Part shown: positions 36,770 to 45,595 of the stretch, one piece after another
How the letters are laid out: each line of letters begins with the position of its first letter
How positions within the stretch are numbered: the stretch's first letter is position 1
Source of the DNA: Klebsiella phage VLCpiS13a
Direction: 5' to 3' (one strand)
Sequence record: NC_071152.1
Length of the DNA stretch: 47,956 nt
Program-made: the position numbers and the translations under genes
Notes under the pieces: generated by a model
Databases searched by the model: none
What the model was told of the DNA's origin: nothing
Seen by the model: the letters and a program-made list of their open reading frames with translations, nothing else

Positions 36770-36836
36770 TAGCGGAAAAATAGCGGAATATTGATGGGTT
36801 TTATCTATGGCTAAAAAACTATTCAGTAGCGAAAAT
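36770..36836 (+). repeat. three direct repeats TAGCG(G)AA(A)A spanning small terminase start (candidate pac/terS site)
   Basis: TAGCGGAAAAA 36770-36780, TAGCGGAATA 36781-36790, TAGCGAAAAT 36827-36836. Confidence 0.4.
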
Positions 36837-37226
36837 CAACCACAGAATAAGCGCGGGAAAGACAAGCGAAAGCTGCTTGTGGAGGCTCTTGAGCGCAAAG
36901 GATTCAGCGAGGAAAAGCTGTACGATACCATTATTGAGATGGCAATGATTGAGCGCGATACCGCAATGATGAAGGAGCTTATTGTGCGATTCAGCCCACT
37001 GCCAAAGCCTGTTGCACCTGTGTTCGAGGTTGACTTCCCTGACGATGGTACTCCGGTAGAAAAGATTGACGCGGTTATCCGTGGCATTGCATCTGGCATT
37101 ATCCCTGCTGACATTGGAAAGATGTTTGCAGAGGTAATCAAAACCGGGCTCGATGTAGCGGAAGTCACCGAGCTTGCAGCGCGCCTTGAGCGACTGGAGA
37201 AGCTGCTGGAGACGCAGAATGTTTAA
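36807..37226 (+). CDS. terminase small subunit
   Basis: 139 aa, basic N-terminus, C-terminal coiled-coil, immediately upstream of large terminase. Confidence 0.55.
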   Translation: MAKKLFSSENQPQNKRGKDKRKLLVEALERKGFSEEKLYDTIIEMAMIERDTAMMKELIVRFSPLPKPVAPVFEVDFPDDGTPVEKIDAVIRGIASGIIPADIGKMFAEVIKTGLDVAEVTELAARLERLEKLLETQNV

Positions 37227-37374
37227 GCTATCAATGACATTAATGGCCTTAGCCATGCTCATGTTTGCTATGGGTGATAAGTCAAACGAGATTGCATTTG
37301 CGATATGGGGCATTATGTTCATGATGTCAGCGACAATAATTACTATTGTTGGAACTTCGCGCCATGGCTCGTAA
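37219..37374 (+). CDS. small membrane protein between terminase genes (speculative)
   Basis: MFKLSMTLMALAMLMFAMG hydrophobic; overlaps terS stop and terL start. Confidence 0.3.
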   Translation: MFKLSMTLMALAMLMFAMGDKSNEIAFAIWGIMFMMSATIITIVGTSRHGS

Positions 37375-38794
37375 GCGCCTTTCCGCACTGGCAATCGAAA
37401 AGCTGGAGGCTCAGGTGGATGATGCGATGACCGAGGTCGCAGAATCTGCCATCTTCGGCATTTGCGATATGCAGAAGAACGTCATTAAGCGCCTAAGGAT
37501 GACCGCTAACGGCGTTGAAGATGTAACCCATGCAACCACGCAGGCCGACCATTTAATCCCAGCAAAACTCGAACGATTGCTTTATCCGAAGCGTAACAAG
37601 ATAGCCTTCGGGGGTAGGGGATCATCTAAGACCAGAACAGTAACCACCATACTGACTGAGAGAGCGAGATTTAAGCCTGAGCGCATAGCCTGCTTCCGCG
37701 AAATTCAGCAGTCGATTGAGGACAGCTCATATCAGGAACTAAAAGACGAAATTGACCGGAAGGGCGAGACAAAAGAGTTTCGCATAATCAATAACGAGAT
37801 AACCCACAAAGCAACAAAGGCAAAGTTCCGATTTAAGGGATTGTATCGTAACCAAACAACCGTTAAGGGATTTGCGGGTATTACCGTGGCATGGGTGGAG
37901 GAAGCCGAAAACGTCAGCCAGACGAGCTGGGAAATCCTGACACCAACCGTTCGCGCCGAAGGCTCTGAGATATGGGTGACGTTCAACCCCAATAAGGAGC
38001 ATGACCCGACATGGAAAATCTGGGTGGAGCCTTTTTATAATAAATTGCGCGAGAATGGCGGTATTTACGAGGACGAAGAAAACCTGATTATTGAGTGTAA
38101 CTATTCAGATAATCCATGGTTCTGGGATACGCCACTTCCAAGCCAAATGCAACGCATGAAAGAGACAGACTTCGACCGCTATCAATGGGTGTGGGGTGGC
38201 CGCTTTAACAAGCGTAATGACGAGCAGGTCTTTGGCGGGAAATGGCGCGTTGCTGATTTTGAGGTTAAACCGGAATGGCATGGGCCTTACTTCGGCATGG
38301 ACTTTGGCTTTTCTGTCGATCCTACTGCAATGGTTGAAGTTTATATCGAGGAATTACATGGTGGCAGGCGCAACGTTTATATTAATCGGGAATATGGAAG
38401 GGTAGGGCTTGAGGTGACGGATACGCCAACCGCGATGGAACAAGCCTTTCCACTGGCCAGACGCAGCAGATGGTATGCAGATTGCGCGAGGCCGGAAATA
38501 ATAAGCCACATTAAACGCGCTGGCTTTGATATCCATCCGTGTAATAAGTGGCCTGGATGCGTGGAGGAAAGGATTATGTGGCTTCGCGGATGCGACTCAA
38601 TCATCATTCACGAAAGGTGTAAGGAAATGCAGAATGAAGCCATGATGTACAGTTATAAAGTGGATAAACTAACTGGCAACGTCCTTACCGATGTTGTCGA
38701 TGCCCACAACCATTTCTGGGATGCGACCGCTTATGCTCTAAATGACCACATCGTGCAGCGCGGCTCCGGATGGATTAGGCGGAGCAGGAGATAA
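37364..38794 (+). CDS. terminase large subunit
   Basis: Walker A GGRGSSKT; 476 aa from ATG 37364 (ORF open from TTG 37346); C-terminal nuclease-like region. Confidence 0.85.
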   Translation: MARKRLSALAIEKLEAQVDDAMTEVAESAIFGICDMQKNVIKRLRMTANGVEDVTHATTQADHLIPAKLERLLYPKRNKIAFGGRGSSKTRTVTTILTERARFKPERIACFREIQQSIEDSSYQELKDEIDRKGETKEFRIINNEITHKATKAKFRFKGLYRNQTTVKGFAGITVAWVEEAENVSQTSWEILTPTVRAEGSEIWVTFNPNKEHDPTWKIWVEPFYNKLRENGGIYEDEENLIIECNYSDNPWFWDTPLPSQMQRMKETDFDRYQWVWGGRFNKRNDEQVFGGKWRVADFEVKPEWHGPYFGMDFGFSVDPTAMVEVYIEELHGGRRNVYINREYGRVGLEVTDTPTAMEQAFPLARRSRWYADCARPEIISHIKRAGFDIHPCNKWPGCVEERIMWLRGCDSIIIHERCKEMQNEAMMYSYKVDKLTGNVLTDVVDAHNHFWDATAYALNDHIVQRGSGWIRRSRR

Positions 38795-38815
38795 GAAAAG
38801 ACCCCCATCAGGTGT

Positions 38816-39106
38816 CTATTTGTAAAGCCAGCAATGAATCCCCGCATTGCACATAGCGGCATAAATCACGTCATCGCATACGACCGCTATTGCCACCCTG
38901 TCAGCGTCAATCTGCTGGTGCGAAGCCATGATGTCATCATAGAAAACATCGTTAGCATGCAGCAACTCATACGCATGCTTTGCCCTCATAACAAGCACGT
39001 CGTGACCGGCAGAGTAGAGCGACTTAGCCAGCGCGACGTTGCCAGCGATAGCATTCCCTTCCACATCACGCAGCACACCATCAAGCTCGAAAATGACACA
39101 TTTCAT
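38816..39106 (-). CDS. mini HAD-like hydrolase (DxDGVL motif)
   Basis: MKCVIFELDGVL motif I and VVCDDVIYAAMCNAGI motif IV in only 96 aa. Confidence 0.5.
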   Translation of the reverse strand: MKCVIFELDGVLRDVEGNAIAGNVALAKSLYSAGHDVLVMRAKHAYELLHANDVFYDDIMASHQQIDADRVAIAVVCDDVIYAAMCNAGIHCWLYK

Positions 39107-39132
39107 AAGATTTCTCCGAGAGGTTTCATTTT

Positions 39133-39161
39133 AATCTACGCCATGCTAGAATCTACGTCAA
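39133..39161 (-). promoter_or_regulatory. promoter TTGACG-N17-TAGATT with conserved element
   Basis: Reverse complement TTGACGTAGATTCTAGCATGGCGTAGATT then GGAG and ATG 39106. Confidence 0.45.
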
Positions 39162-39194
39162 GGCGCATTGACATAACTACATCACCGGGGCATC

Positions 39195-39434
39195 ATGAAG
39201 GCTTACTCATCTTTTTCGTGGGAGCAGAAGGAGAAAATATACTCACTCGCAAGGGCTGGTGTGTCGGATGAGGCACTATGTGAAAGATACGATGTTGATG
39301 AGGCTATCCTGCTACGCATGTATGATGAGGTGCTGTGTGAATTGCAGCGGCGGCGTGGTTACAGTGGGCTGAAGACAGTTAACGATTTCTTTCGGAATGT
39401 TGATTTAAATAATAGTGAGGAAGGTGATTTATGA
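39195..39434 (+). CDS. hypothetical protein
   Basis: 79 aa. Confidence 0.4.
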   Translation: MKAYSSFSWEQKEKIYSLARAGVSDEALCERYDVDEAILLRMYDEVLCELQRRRGYSGLKTVNDFFRNVDLNNSEEGDL

Positions 39435-39465
39435 ATGGTGCCGTATTTGTGATTGAGGTGTTGAA

Positions 39466-39954
39466 ATGACAACAATTGCATGGGATGGGATTACGATTGC
39501 GCACGATAGTCAGGCCACTGCCGGGAGCCTGATTATGGCCAACCAGCAGAAGTCTTTTTTGCTTGATGCCAATGATAAGTTTTTTATTTGCGGTGAACTG
39601 GCTGTATTGATTGTTGGCAGTGGTTCAGCTGGTGATGGGCGATATGCGAAGCAGTTCATGCGACGGTCTGTTGATGACATTATGGAGATGCCAGAAGAGC
39701 TGGACTTTACTCAGTGGGTATTCACAGATAAAGGTAACTGTTTTGCCATCCAGAAAATACCTGACAATAAATATCCTGCAGTTTACGCGGTCATTCCTCC
39801 GCTTGCCGCTGGCTGTGGGCGAGACTTTGCCATGACCGCGATGTATTTGGGGCAGACTGCTGAACAGGCGGTAATTACAGCATCAGTTCTGGATGCCTTC
39901 ACTGACTCGAATGTTAAGACATATAAATTTAAGTATGGCGAGGGGATGAAATGA
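39466..39954 (+). CDS. HslV/proteasome beta-subunit-like Ntn-hydrolase peptidase
   Basis: N-terminal MTTIAWDGITIAHDSQATAGSLIM (Thr1 nucleophile context like HslV TTIV..GDGQATLG) and AAGCGRDFAMTA resembling GSGG segment. Confidence 0.65.
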   Translation: MTTIAWDGITIAHDSQATAGSLIMANQQKSFLLDANDKFFICGELAVLIVGSGSAGDGRYAKQFMRRSVDDIMEMPEELDFTQWVFTDKGNCFAIQKIPDNKYPAVYAVIPPLAAGCGRDFAMTAMYLGQTAEQAVITASVLDAFTDSNVKTYKFKYGEGMK

Positions 39955-40121
39955 TTATTGAAGATGAAACCAAAACGCCAATGTGCGAAATAGCTATTCG
40001 GTTTGACTCTGAATCAGTGATTACTCAGAGTCATGACACTATTATCATCGACAAACAACAGGCCGCGCAGCTTATCGAAGTGCTGCAACGCTGTATTGAT
40101 GGCGAGGAGATTGAGTGGTGA
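39951..40121 (+). CDS. hypothetical 56-aa protein
   Basis: ATGA overlap with peptidase gene. Confidence 0.3.
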   Translation: MIIEDETKTPMCEIAIRFDSESVITQSHDTIIIDKQQAAQLIEVLQRCIDGEEIEW

Positions 40122-40306
40122 GCGTTTATTTTATTCATGCGGAAGCCATTCTCAAAAATGGTTGCGTTGCCGAGAAGGTCGGGAAAGTGGTGGTTGCTAG
40201 TGGTGCGGTTGTTGCGCTTGATGGTTTTTGGAAAGAAGATGACGTGTCAAAGTTAACTGGCCAAGGAATCAAAGTCGTAATTGACAAATTCGAAAAGGTG
40301 GAGTGA
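40115..40306 (+). CDS. hypothetical small protein
   Basis: GTG start overlapping upstream stop. Confidence 0.35.
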   Translation: MVSVYFIHAEAILKNGCVAEKVGKVVVASGAVVALDGFWKEDDVSKLTGQGIKVVIDKFEKVE

Positions 40307-40518
40307 TGAATCCAGATAAACAGGTTGTTAATGATGCATTATCATGGCTTGATTATATGTTAAGCCGAAGGGATGCATGGTATAAATGCGCCGCAGCAAA
40401 GAAAAACAAAAAGGTGATTGGCAGAGCAAAGAGATTCGGCCTTGTCTGTCACGCCAAGGGATTGGTGCATCATGACAGGATGCTCAATAACTTAAAATAT
40501 GACCCTATGAGCGATTAG
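40303..40518 (+). CDS. hypothetical small protein
   Basis: coupled. Confidence 0.35.
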   Translation: MMNPDKQVVNDALSWLDYMLSRRDAWYKCAAAKKNKKVIGRAKRFGLVCHAKGLVHHDRMLNNLKYDPMSD

Positions 40519-40530
40519 TGGCGAGGTGGA

Positions 40531-40734
40531 ATGATGAAGAGATTCCTTTTCGCGTGGTGTTGGCTATTTGCAGTGTACATGGTATGCCTCGCCCTGGCAT
40601 TCCCTGTGTGCTGGTTCATCAAGTGGGAGCCACCAATGCTGAGCGATATCATGAATATCGGTGTGCTGCGCATTGCGGTGTTCATGCTGGTTGCGTCTAT
40701 GGTTGGCGCGCTGTTTCTTAGTAGAGCTGAGTGA
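40531..40734 (+). CDS. small membrane protein (2 TM)
   Basis: hydrophobic segments; SD GGAGGTGG-like context. Confidence 0.4.
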   Translation: MMKRFLFAWCWLFAVYMVCLALAFPVCWFIKWEPPMLSDIMNIGVLRIAVFMLVASMVGALFLSRAE

Positions 40735-40740
40735 GGTGAA

Positions 40741-40989
40741 GTGATGGATATCATTCTTTTTCTTTTGTTAATGGCTTTGGCATTCTGTTTCTACATGCTC
40801 ATCAGAAATGAAATGGTTTATAAAACAAGACGTGATTTTATCGAGTTCTTCTATCACTGCGACCCCAATGGGTATGATTCCGGGAACGAATTTCATGAAT
40901 GCGTGCCATCATATAATGAGATGTGGCTTAAATTCTGGGTCTTCCCGCTAAGTAGCTTCTACCCCGCATACCATAATCGCAACAAGTAG
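40741..40989 (+). CDS. small membrane protein (N-terminal TM)
   Basis: MMDIILFLLLMALAFCFYML. Confidence 0.4.
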   Translation: MMDIILFLLLMALAFCFYMLIRNEMVYKTRRDFIEFFYHCDPNGYDSGNEFHECVPSYNEMWLKFWVFPLSSFYPAYHNRNK

Positions 40990-40998
40990 TCATGCTAT

Positions 40999-41027
40999 AA
41001 TCCCATCCATGCGATGGGATTTTTTAT
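40999..41027 (+). terminator. rho-independent terminator
   Basis: AATCCCATC-CATGC-GATGGGATT + T6. Confidence 0.6.
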
Positions 41028-41036
41028 GGTGACGAA

Positions 41037-42485
41037 ATGTCAAAGTTAGAGGCGGTAAACGCCTATATTCAGCAGCGAGTAGCGAACAATAACAGGCTCA
41101 TCGAGCGGCAGCGCCGGGAGTTTGGTGGAAAGAACATCGACCACAAACACGACAGGCTGTGGCTAGAATGTGGCTATCCTGAAGAAATCACCGCTGAGAT
41201 GTTCCGCTATGCCTACGAGCGCTATGCACCGGCAACAGCCGGCGTCAATCGCGTACTCGATAAGTGCTGGCAAACTCCGCCGCAAATCCTTGAGGAAGGC
41301 GCTGATGACAAGGCAAGCTCCCCGTGGGAGAAGGCCGCCAATAAGCTATTTAAGCGTGCCGTGCCGTTCATCAAGGACGCAGACCGCCGCAACCTCATCA
41401 ACCGATACTCTGGCCTTATCCTGCAAATCCGTGATGGAAAGCAGTGGAATGAGCCAGTAGACACCACGAAAACAAAACGCATCAAGGATGCTGCGATTGT
41501 CCGTTATATTCCGGCATGGGAAGAGCAGTTAACCGTCAGCGACTGGAATAATGATGAGACCAGTGAGGACTATGGTCAGCCGAAGATGTATCTGTATCAG
41601 GAATCGGTAATCGGTGCCTGCAACAATGACGGCAAGCCCACACGCTCCCTGAGTATCCACCCTGACCGCGTCATCGTATTCGCCGAGGGCGCAATGGATG
41701 GCTCTATTTATTCTGGCGTTCCGCTCCTGCGTGCCGGGTATAACCACCTCATCGACATGGCGAAAGTCACCGGCTCAAGCGCAGAAGGCTTCCTGAAGAA
41801 TGCAAGCCGACAGCTCAACGTTAATTATAATAAAGACAACGTTTCCGCCCAGTCTCTGGCGCAGCAAATGGGTGTTCCGCTGGAAGAACTGGCAGATGTG
41901 CTCAATGAGGATGTGGCGCGACTTAATGAGGCTATTGACGCGGCGATGTTCACGATGGGCGCTGATGTCAAAGTGCTCTCGGTAACGCCAGCCGACCCAA
42001 GCCCAACATGGACTATTGCGGCCAACCAGTTTGCAGCATCCATCAAGAAGCCATTCACTATCCTGTTTGGGCAGCAGACTGGCCGCCTTGCATCCGATGA
42101 GGATAAAACCGACGATGCCATGAGCGCCAAGCAGCGCCGTGAGGACTGGCTGGATTACATCATTTCGGTGTTCATCGACCGGATGATTTCCTTTGGCATT
42201 CTGGATAAGGCGCCAGAGAGCGGTTATTACTGCAAATGGGACGACCTGCTTGCACCTTCCGAGCTGAACAAGGCTGACCTGCTGGTTAAACTTGCCGCTG
42301 CAAACAAATCCGTATTCGACGCAGGCCAGATGGCCCTAATGACTGCCGACGAGATGCGCGGAATTGTCGGCATGGAACCTCTTGAAGAGCAGCTTCCTGA
42401 CGGATTACAGGAAGGTCAGCAGCAAGACCGGCAATCGCAGCAGGACCAACAGCAGGGCCAGACCGATGCGCCTCCTCAAAATTAA
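41037..42485 (+). CDS. portal protein
   Basis: 482 aa, acidic Gln-rich C-terminal tail, followed by head morphogenesis gene. Confidence 0.65.
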   Translation: MSKLEAVNAYIQQRVANNNRLIERQRREFGGKNIDHKHDRLWLECGYPEEITAEMFRYAYERYAPATAGVNRVLDKCWQTPPQILEEGADDKASSPWEKAANKLFKRAVPFIKDADRRNLINRYSGLILQIRDGKQWNEPVDTTKTKRIKDAAIVRYIPAWEEQLTVSDWNNDETSEDYGQPKMYLYQESVIGACNNDGKPTRSLSIHPDRVIVFAEGAMDGSIYSGVPLLRAGYNHLIDMAKVTGSSAEGFLKNASRQLNVNYNKDNVSAQSLAQQMGVPLEELADVLNEDVARLNEAIDAAMFTMGADVKVLSVTPADPSPTWTIAANQFAASIKKPFTILFGQQTGRLASDEDKTDDAMSAKQRREDWLDYIISVFIDRMISFGILDKAPESGYYCKWDDLLAPSELNKADLLVKLAAANKSVFDAGQMALMTADEMRGIVGMEPLEEQLPDGLQEGQQQDRQSQQDQQQGQTDAPPQN

Positions 42486-43410
42486 CGCCCGGCTTCCGCA
42501 GCCAAAATTAAGCATGAGCCTGACAGACCCACTCGGCGCAGCGGGTCGTGTCAATAAGATGGTGCGCGATGTTGACGCCAGATATGTAACGCTAAAGTCT
42601 CAGGTTACCGAGCTGTTTCGCACCATCCCGGTGGCGACTGGTAACGCCGAGGCTGGAAATTATTATTATGATTTCTCCGCCTATCGCGCATCGACATTCC
42701 TTGATGAACTTCAGCGCATTCTTGATGGTCAGTTGCTGGAAGGTGATGACTTCACGCACGGAAGGATGTGGGCCTCATCTTATGTCAGCGATGCCATGTA
42801 TGCCGGGACGCAGAAGGCTAATTCCGACCTTGGAGACCTGTCATCAGCATACAAAGACAGCAGGCCGCTTGCTGAAATTCTCTACTCTCAGCCGTATCTC
42901 GACAGGCTTCAGCTTGCGTACACGCGCACATATAACGATTGGGGTGGGCTTTCAGATTACACGCGGCAGCAGGTGGCAGAAGTTATCACCGCTGGAATTG
43001 CAAATGGCGATGCGCCTGGAGTGGTTGAGCAAAACATCGTTGATCGCATGGACGTATCAAGGAGCTATGCGCGGTCGATTGCTCAGACTGAAATCACCAA
43101 TACCCTGCGCGAGGCTAACAGGAGAGAGGTGAAAGAAGCTCAGGTCACATTGGGTATGGATACCATCATGCTCTGGCAGTCGGCGCTGATGAAGACAACT
43201 CGCGTTACTCATGCTGCGCGTCACGGGAAATACTACACACCAGAAGAGATTGACGAATTCTACAGCGAAGGTGCAAACCGCAGGAATTGTCATTGCGCAC
43301 AGACTCCTGCACTGGTGATGGATGGTAAGCCTGTGATACTTGAGAAAACGCAGGAAAGGCTCGATAAGCAGCGGGAAGCATGGCAGGGCGCACATAAGAA
43401 AGCCGCCTGA
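42466..43410 (+). CDS. head morphogenesis (minor head, Mu F/SPP1 gp7-like) protein
   Basis: ATG 42466 overlapping portal stop in frame of ORF 42364..43410. Confidence 0.5.
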   Translation: MRLLKINARLPQPKLSMSLTDPLGAAGRVNKMVRDVDARYVTLKSQVTELFRTIPVATGNAEAGNYYYDFSAYRASTFLDELQRILDGQLLEGDDFTHGRMWASSYVSDAMYAGTQKANSDLGDLSSAYKDSRPLAEILYSQPYLDRLQLAYTRTYNDWGGLSDYTRQQVAEVITAGIANGDAPGVVEQNIVDRMDVSRSYARSIAQTEITNTLREANRREVKEAQVTLGMDTIMLWQSALMKTTRVTHAARHGKYYTPEEIDEFYSEGANRRNCHCAQTPALVMDGKPVILEKTQERLDKQREAWQGAHKKAA

Positions 43411-43425
43411 TGGCGGCTTCTGTTA
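43398..43425. terminator. bidirectional rho-independent terminator
   Basis: GAAAGCCGCC-TGAT-GGCGGCTTC + T-run. Confidence 0.65.
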
Positions 43426-43545
43426 GCGTTTTTTAATGAACCCACCGCAACCACACTTTGGGCACATCATGTAATTCACACCTTTCCTTTCAACCCGGTC
43501 AAGATGGTGATGTAAATGACCGCACCCTACGCACTTATACATCAT
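43426..43545 (-). CDS. C4 zinc-ribbon mini-protein (40 aa)
   Basis: CVGCGH ... CPKCGCGG; ATGA overlap with upstream 282-aa gene. Confidence 0.3.
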
Positions 43546-44390
43546 TTCCGATACCCCGCATCGTAAACACGCGCAGCATACATAGCTGCGGTCGCCATTC
43601 CTATATCTGGGATTTCACCACAAATCACCGATGTTAATTCTTTAATCGCGGCCTCACGCTTCTTGTCTTCTTCGGTGCGGATGGGGCGGAATATGACGTC
43701 GCCAATGTTGTAGGCATCCTCTCTGCCGCTTTCTTTCAACTTAACGACAACGAGTTGATTACTTGTAAAAAGTATTTTGCATCGTTGCCATTCATCGCCA
43801 GCCCATGAGCGCTCGCATACGCAGCCAACCTGCGGCAAGCCCTCTCCATTCCATAACGGCCCCGGCGCTTGACCGATGCACTCATTCAGGTAGGCTTCAT
43901 CAGCAACAGGGCCAAAATCCTGCGGCAGCATATAATCGTTCGCGCGGGTGGTGGCGTCATGCGGCTGGTGCAGGCGGTAGGCGATGATGTTTGAGCCTTG
44001 CCAAGCGTGCTCCCATGAATACTCGCCGGCAGGATATCCTGACTGTACATATCCTTTTTCAAGTTTGACATCCACAACTGTGTTTGTGCTAACAGGTGGA
44101 TGCTTGCTGCCACCCCACTCAATCCAGCCGTCATTTTTCGCGGCCAGCGCGGCTTCGTACTGTTCGCGGGTGATGGATGATGTATCATGGTCACTTGCTT
44201 CTGGTAATTTGCCAACTTTATTGTGATAACCACTACTCGATTCATCCATCCATTCATCATCGCAATCTTTCTGCGGCTTAGCGGTAAAGCTCCATAGCCA
44301 ACCGCCTTCTTCTTGTGCGACAAATGCAGCACCTCCCGGCCAGCCACCACGCTTCGGAAGTTCCTCAACCAAAATATCAATCAGCTTCAT
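43542..44390 (-). CDS. Trp-rich repeat protein (three ~70-aa DUF551-like repeats)
   Basis: Repeated pattern GW..W.G ... V.V.L..G ... W ... I.AYR/FRPI. Confidence 0.55.
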   Translation of the reverse strand: MKLIDILVEELPKRGGWPGGAAFVAQEEGGWLWSFTAKPQKDCDDEWMDESSSGYHNKVGKLPEASDHDTSSITREQYEAALAAKNDGWIEWGGSKHPPVSTNTVVDVKLEKGYVQSGYPAGEYSWEHAWQGSNIIAYRLHQPHDATTRANDYMLPQDFGPVADEAYLNECIGQAPGPLWNGEGLPQVGCVCERSWAGDEWQRCKILFTSNQLVVVKLKESGREDAYNIGDVIFRPIRTEEDKKREAAIKELTSVICGEIPDIGMATAAMYAARVYDAGYRK

Positions 44391-44518
44391 TTCTTCTCTC
44401 CTTTATAAATGCCTTTCAGTTCACCCATCACGACAGACCATGCTTCATGCTCATCCATGCCGCGCATCACTAATTTAACGTAGCGATTGCGGACCTTAAA
44501 CATCAGGAGCGGGCACAT
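44387..44518 (-). CDS. hypothetical 43-aa protein
   Basis: TAATG and ATGA overlaps couple it to neighbours. Confidence 0.25.
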   Translation of the reverse strand: MCPLLMFKVRNRYVKLVMRGMDEHEAWSVVMGELKGIYKGEKK

Positions 44519-44808
44519 TACAAGTCACCCATACTTGATACGCAAAGCGCAATTGTGATTGCCTTGATTTCTTTCGGTGTCTTGTTCGGCATTGAGTAGG
44601 CCATATTCACTGTTGCGCCAAGCACCTTGTTTGCATCAACGCCGTACTCAGGACTTTGCGCTACTGCCATTGCTACGCTCTGAGGTACGCCGGAATCGCG
44701 AGCATCTGCCGCTGCGAATCCAACCTCACCAACTTTGTTGCACACTTCGCCAGCGAATGCGCCAAAGGAAGACATTGCGATAATTGCTACTGCGATAAAT
44801 TTTTTCAT
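44518..44808 (-). CDS. secreted/periplasmic small protein
   Basis: Signal peptide MKKFIAVAIIAMSSFGAFA-GE; SD CAGGAGAG. Confidence 0.55.
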   Translation of the reverse strand: MKKFIAVAIIAMSSFGAFAGEVCNKVGEVGFAAADARDSGVPQSVAMAVAQSPEYGVDANKVLGATVNMAYSMPNKTPKEIKAITIALCVSSMGDL

Positions 44809-44829
44809 TTATACTCTCCTGTGCTTGTG

Positions 44830-44869
44830 TATCTACATCATCGCCTACGATTCAATCTACGTCAATAGG
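44830..44869 (-). promoter_or_regulatory. leftward promoter region with TTGACGTAGATTGA element plus second TGATGTAGATA copy
   Basis: Reverse complement upstream of ATG 44808. Confidence 0.4.
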
Positions 44870-44873
44870 ATTA

Positions 44874-44882
44874 TGATAAAAT
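44874..44882 (+). promoter_or_regulatory. extended -10 promoter TGATAAAAT for lysis cassette
   Basis: TGnTAAAAT 22 nt upstream of ATG 44904; same element as 7877 and 47622. Confidence 0.4.
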
Positions 44883-44903
44883 AATCCGCATCGGAGGTGA
44901 CAA

Positions 44904-45353
44904 ATGAAACTATCAACGCGCGGCATTGATTTAATTAAACAATTCGAGGGCTACAGCTCGAAGGCATATCCAGACCCTGCTACCGGCGGAGCACCGTGGA
45001 CTATCGGTCATGGTACAACCGTATACCCCTCTGGAGAAAAGGTTGCAAAAGGCGACACGGTAACTCCAAATCATGCTGAGTATTGTCTTCGCAATGACGT
45101 AGCGAAATTTGAAAGCGGTGTCTCGTCGCTCATCACCGCGCCTACAACTCAGGGCCAGTTTGATGCAATGGTATCGCTTGCCTACAACATCGGGCTTGGC
45201 AACTTTGGCAAGTCAACTCTGCTGAAAAAGCATAACGCCCGCTGCTACACCTGCGCCGCTGACCAGTTCAGGGTATGGAATCGCGCTAATGGCAAGGTAA
45301 TGAATGGACTCACCAAGCGCCGCGCGGCAGAACGTGAGCTTTACATGTCATGA
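44904..45353 (+). CDS. endolysin (T4-lysozyme-like muramidase, GH24)
   Basis: IDLIKQFEGYSSKAYPDP ... GHGTT motifs; SD GGAGGTGA. Confidence 0.85.
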   Translation: MKLSTRGIDLIKQFEGYSSKAYPDPATGGAPWTIGHGTTVYPSGEKVAKGDTVTPNHAEYCLRNDVAKFESGVSSLITAPTTQGQFDAMVSLAYNIGLGNFGKSTLLKKHNARCYTCAADQFRVWNRANGKVMNGLTKRRAAERELYMS

Positions 45354-45595
45354 GGCGGCTAACTAACTGGTTCATCGGTGCGTGGATATCATTCTGCTCA
45401 CTTATTCAGTTCTGGCCTGATGCGATGGTTCATGTGTGGGCCTTCATGCCGGAAGACCTCAAGTCTGCCATCCCACCGGTTGCAGTGAAGGCAATCAGCT
45501 ACAGTATCCTCGTGGCCTCCATGCTTGGCAAGATGCACGGCATGAGGAAAGAAAACAAGGCGCTGAAAAATGATTCTTCAAATCCTCAGGACTAA
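45350..45595 (+). CDS. holin-like membrane protein
   Basis: 81 aa, two hydrophobic helices, between endolysin and spanins. Confidence 0.4.
   Translation: MRRLTNWFIGAWISFCSLIQFWPDAMVHVWAFMPEDLKSAIPPVAVKAISYSILVASMLGKMHGMRKENKALKNDSSNPQD

Noticed and set aside
43886-44380. 164-aa minus-strand ORF in an alternative frame inside the 282-aa Trp-repeat gene
   Set aside because: Same strand but composition is low-complexity (Pro/Arg/Thr) and it breaks the coupled start/stop architecture of the cassette
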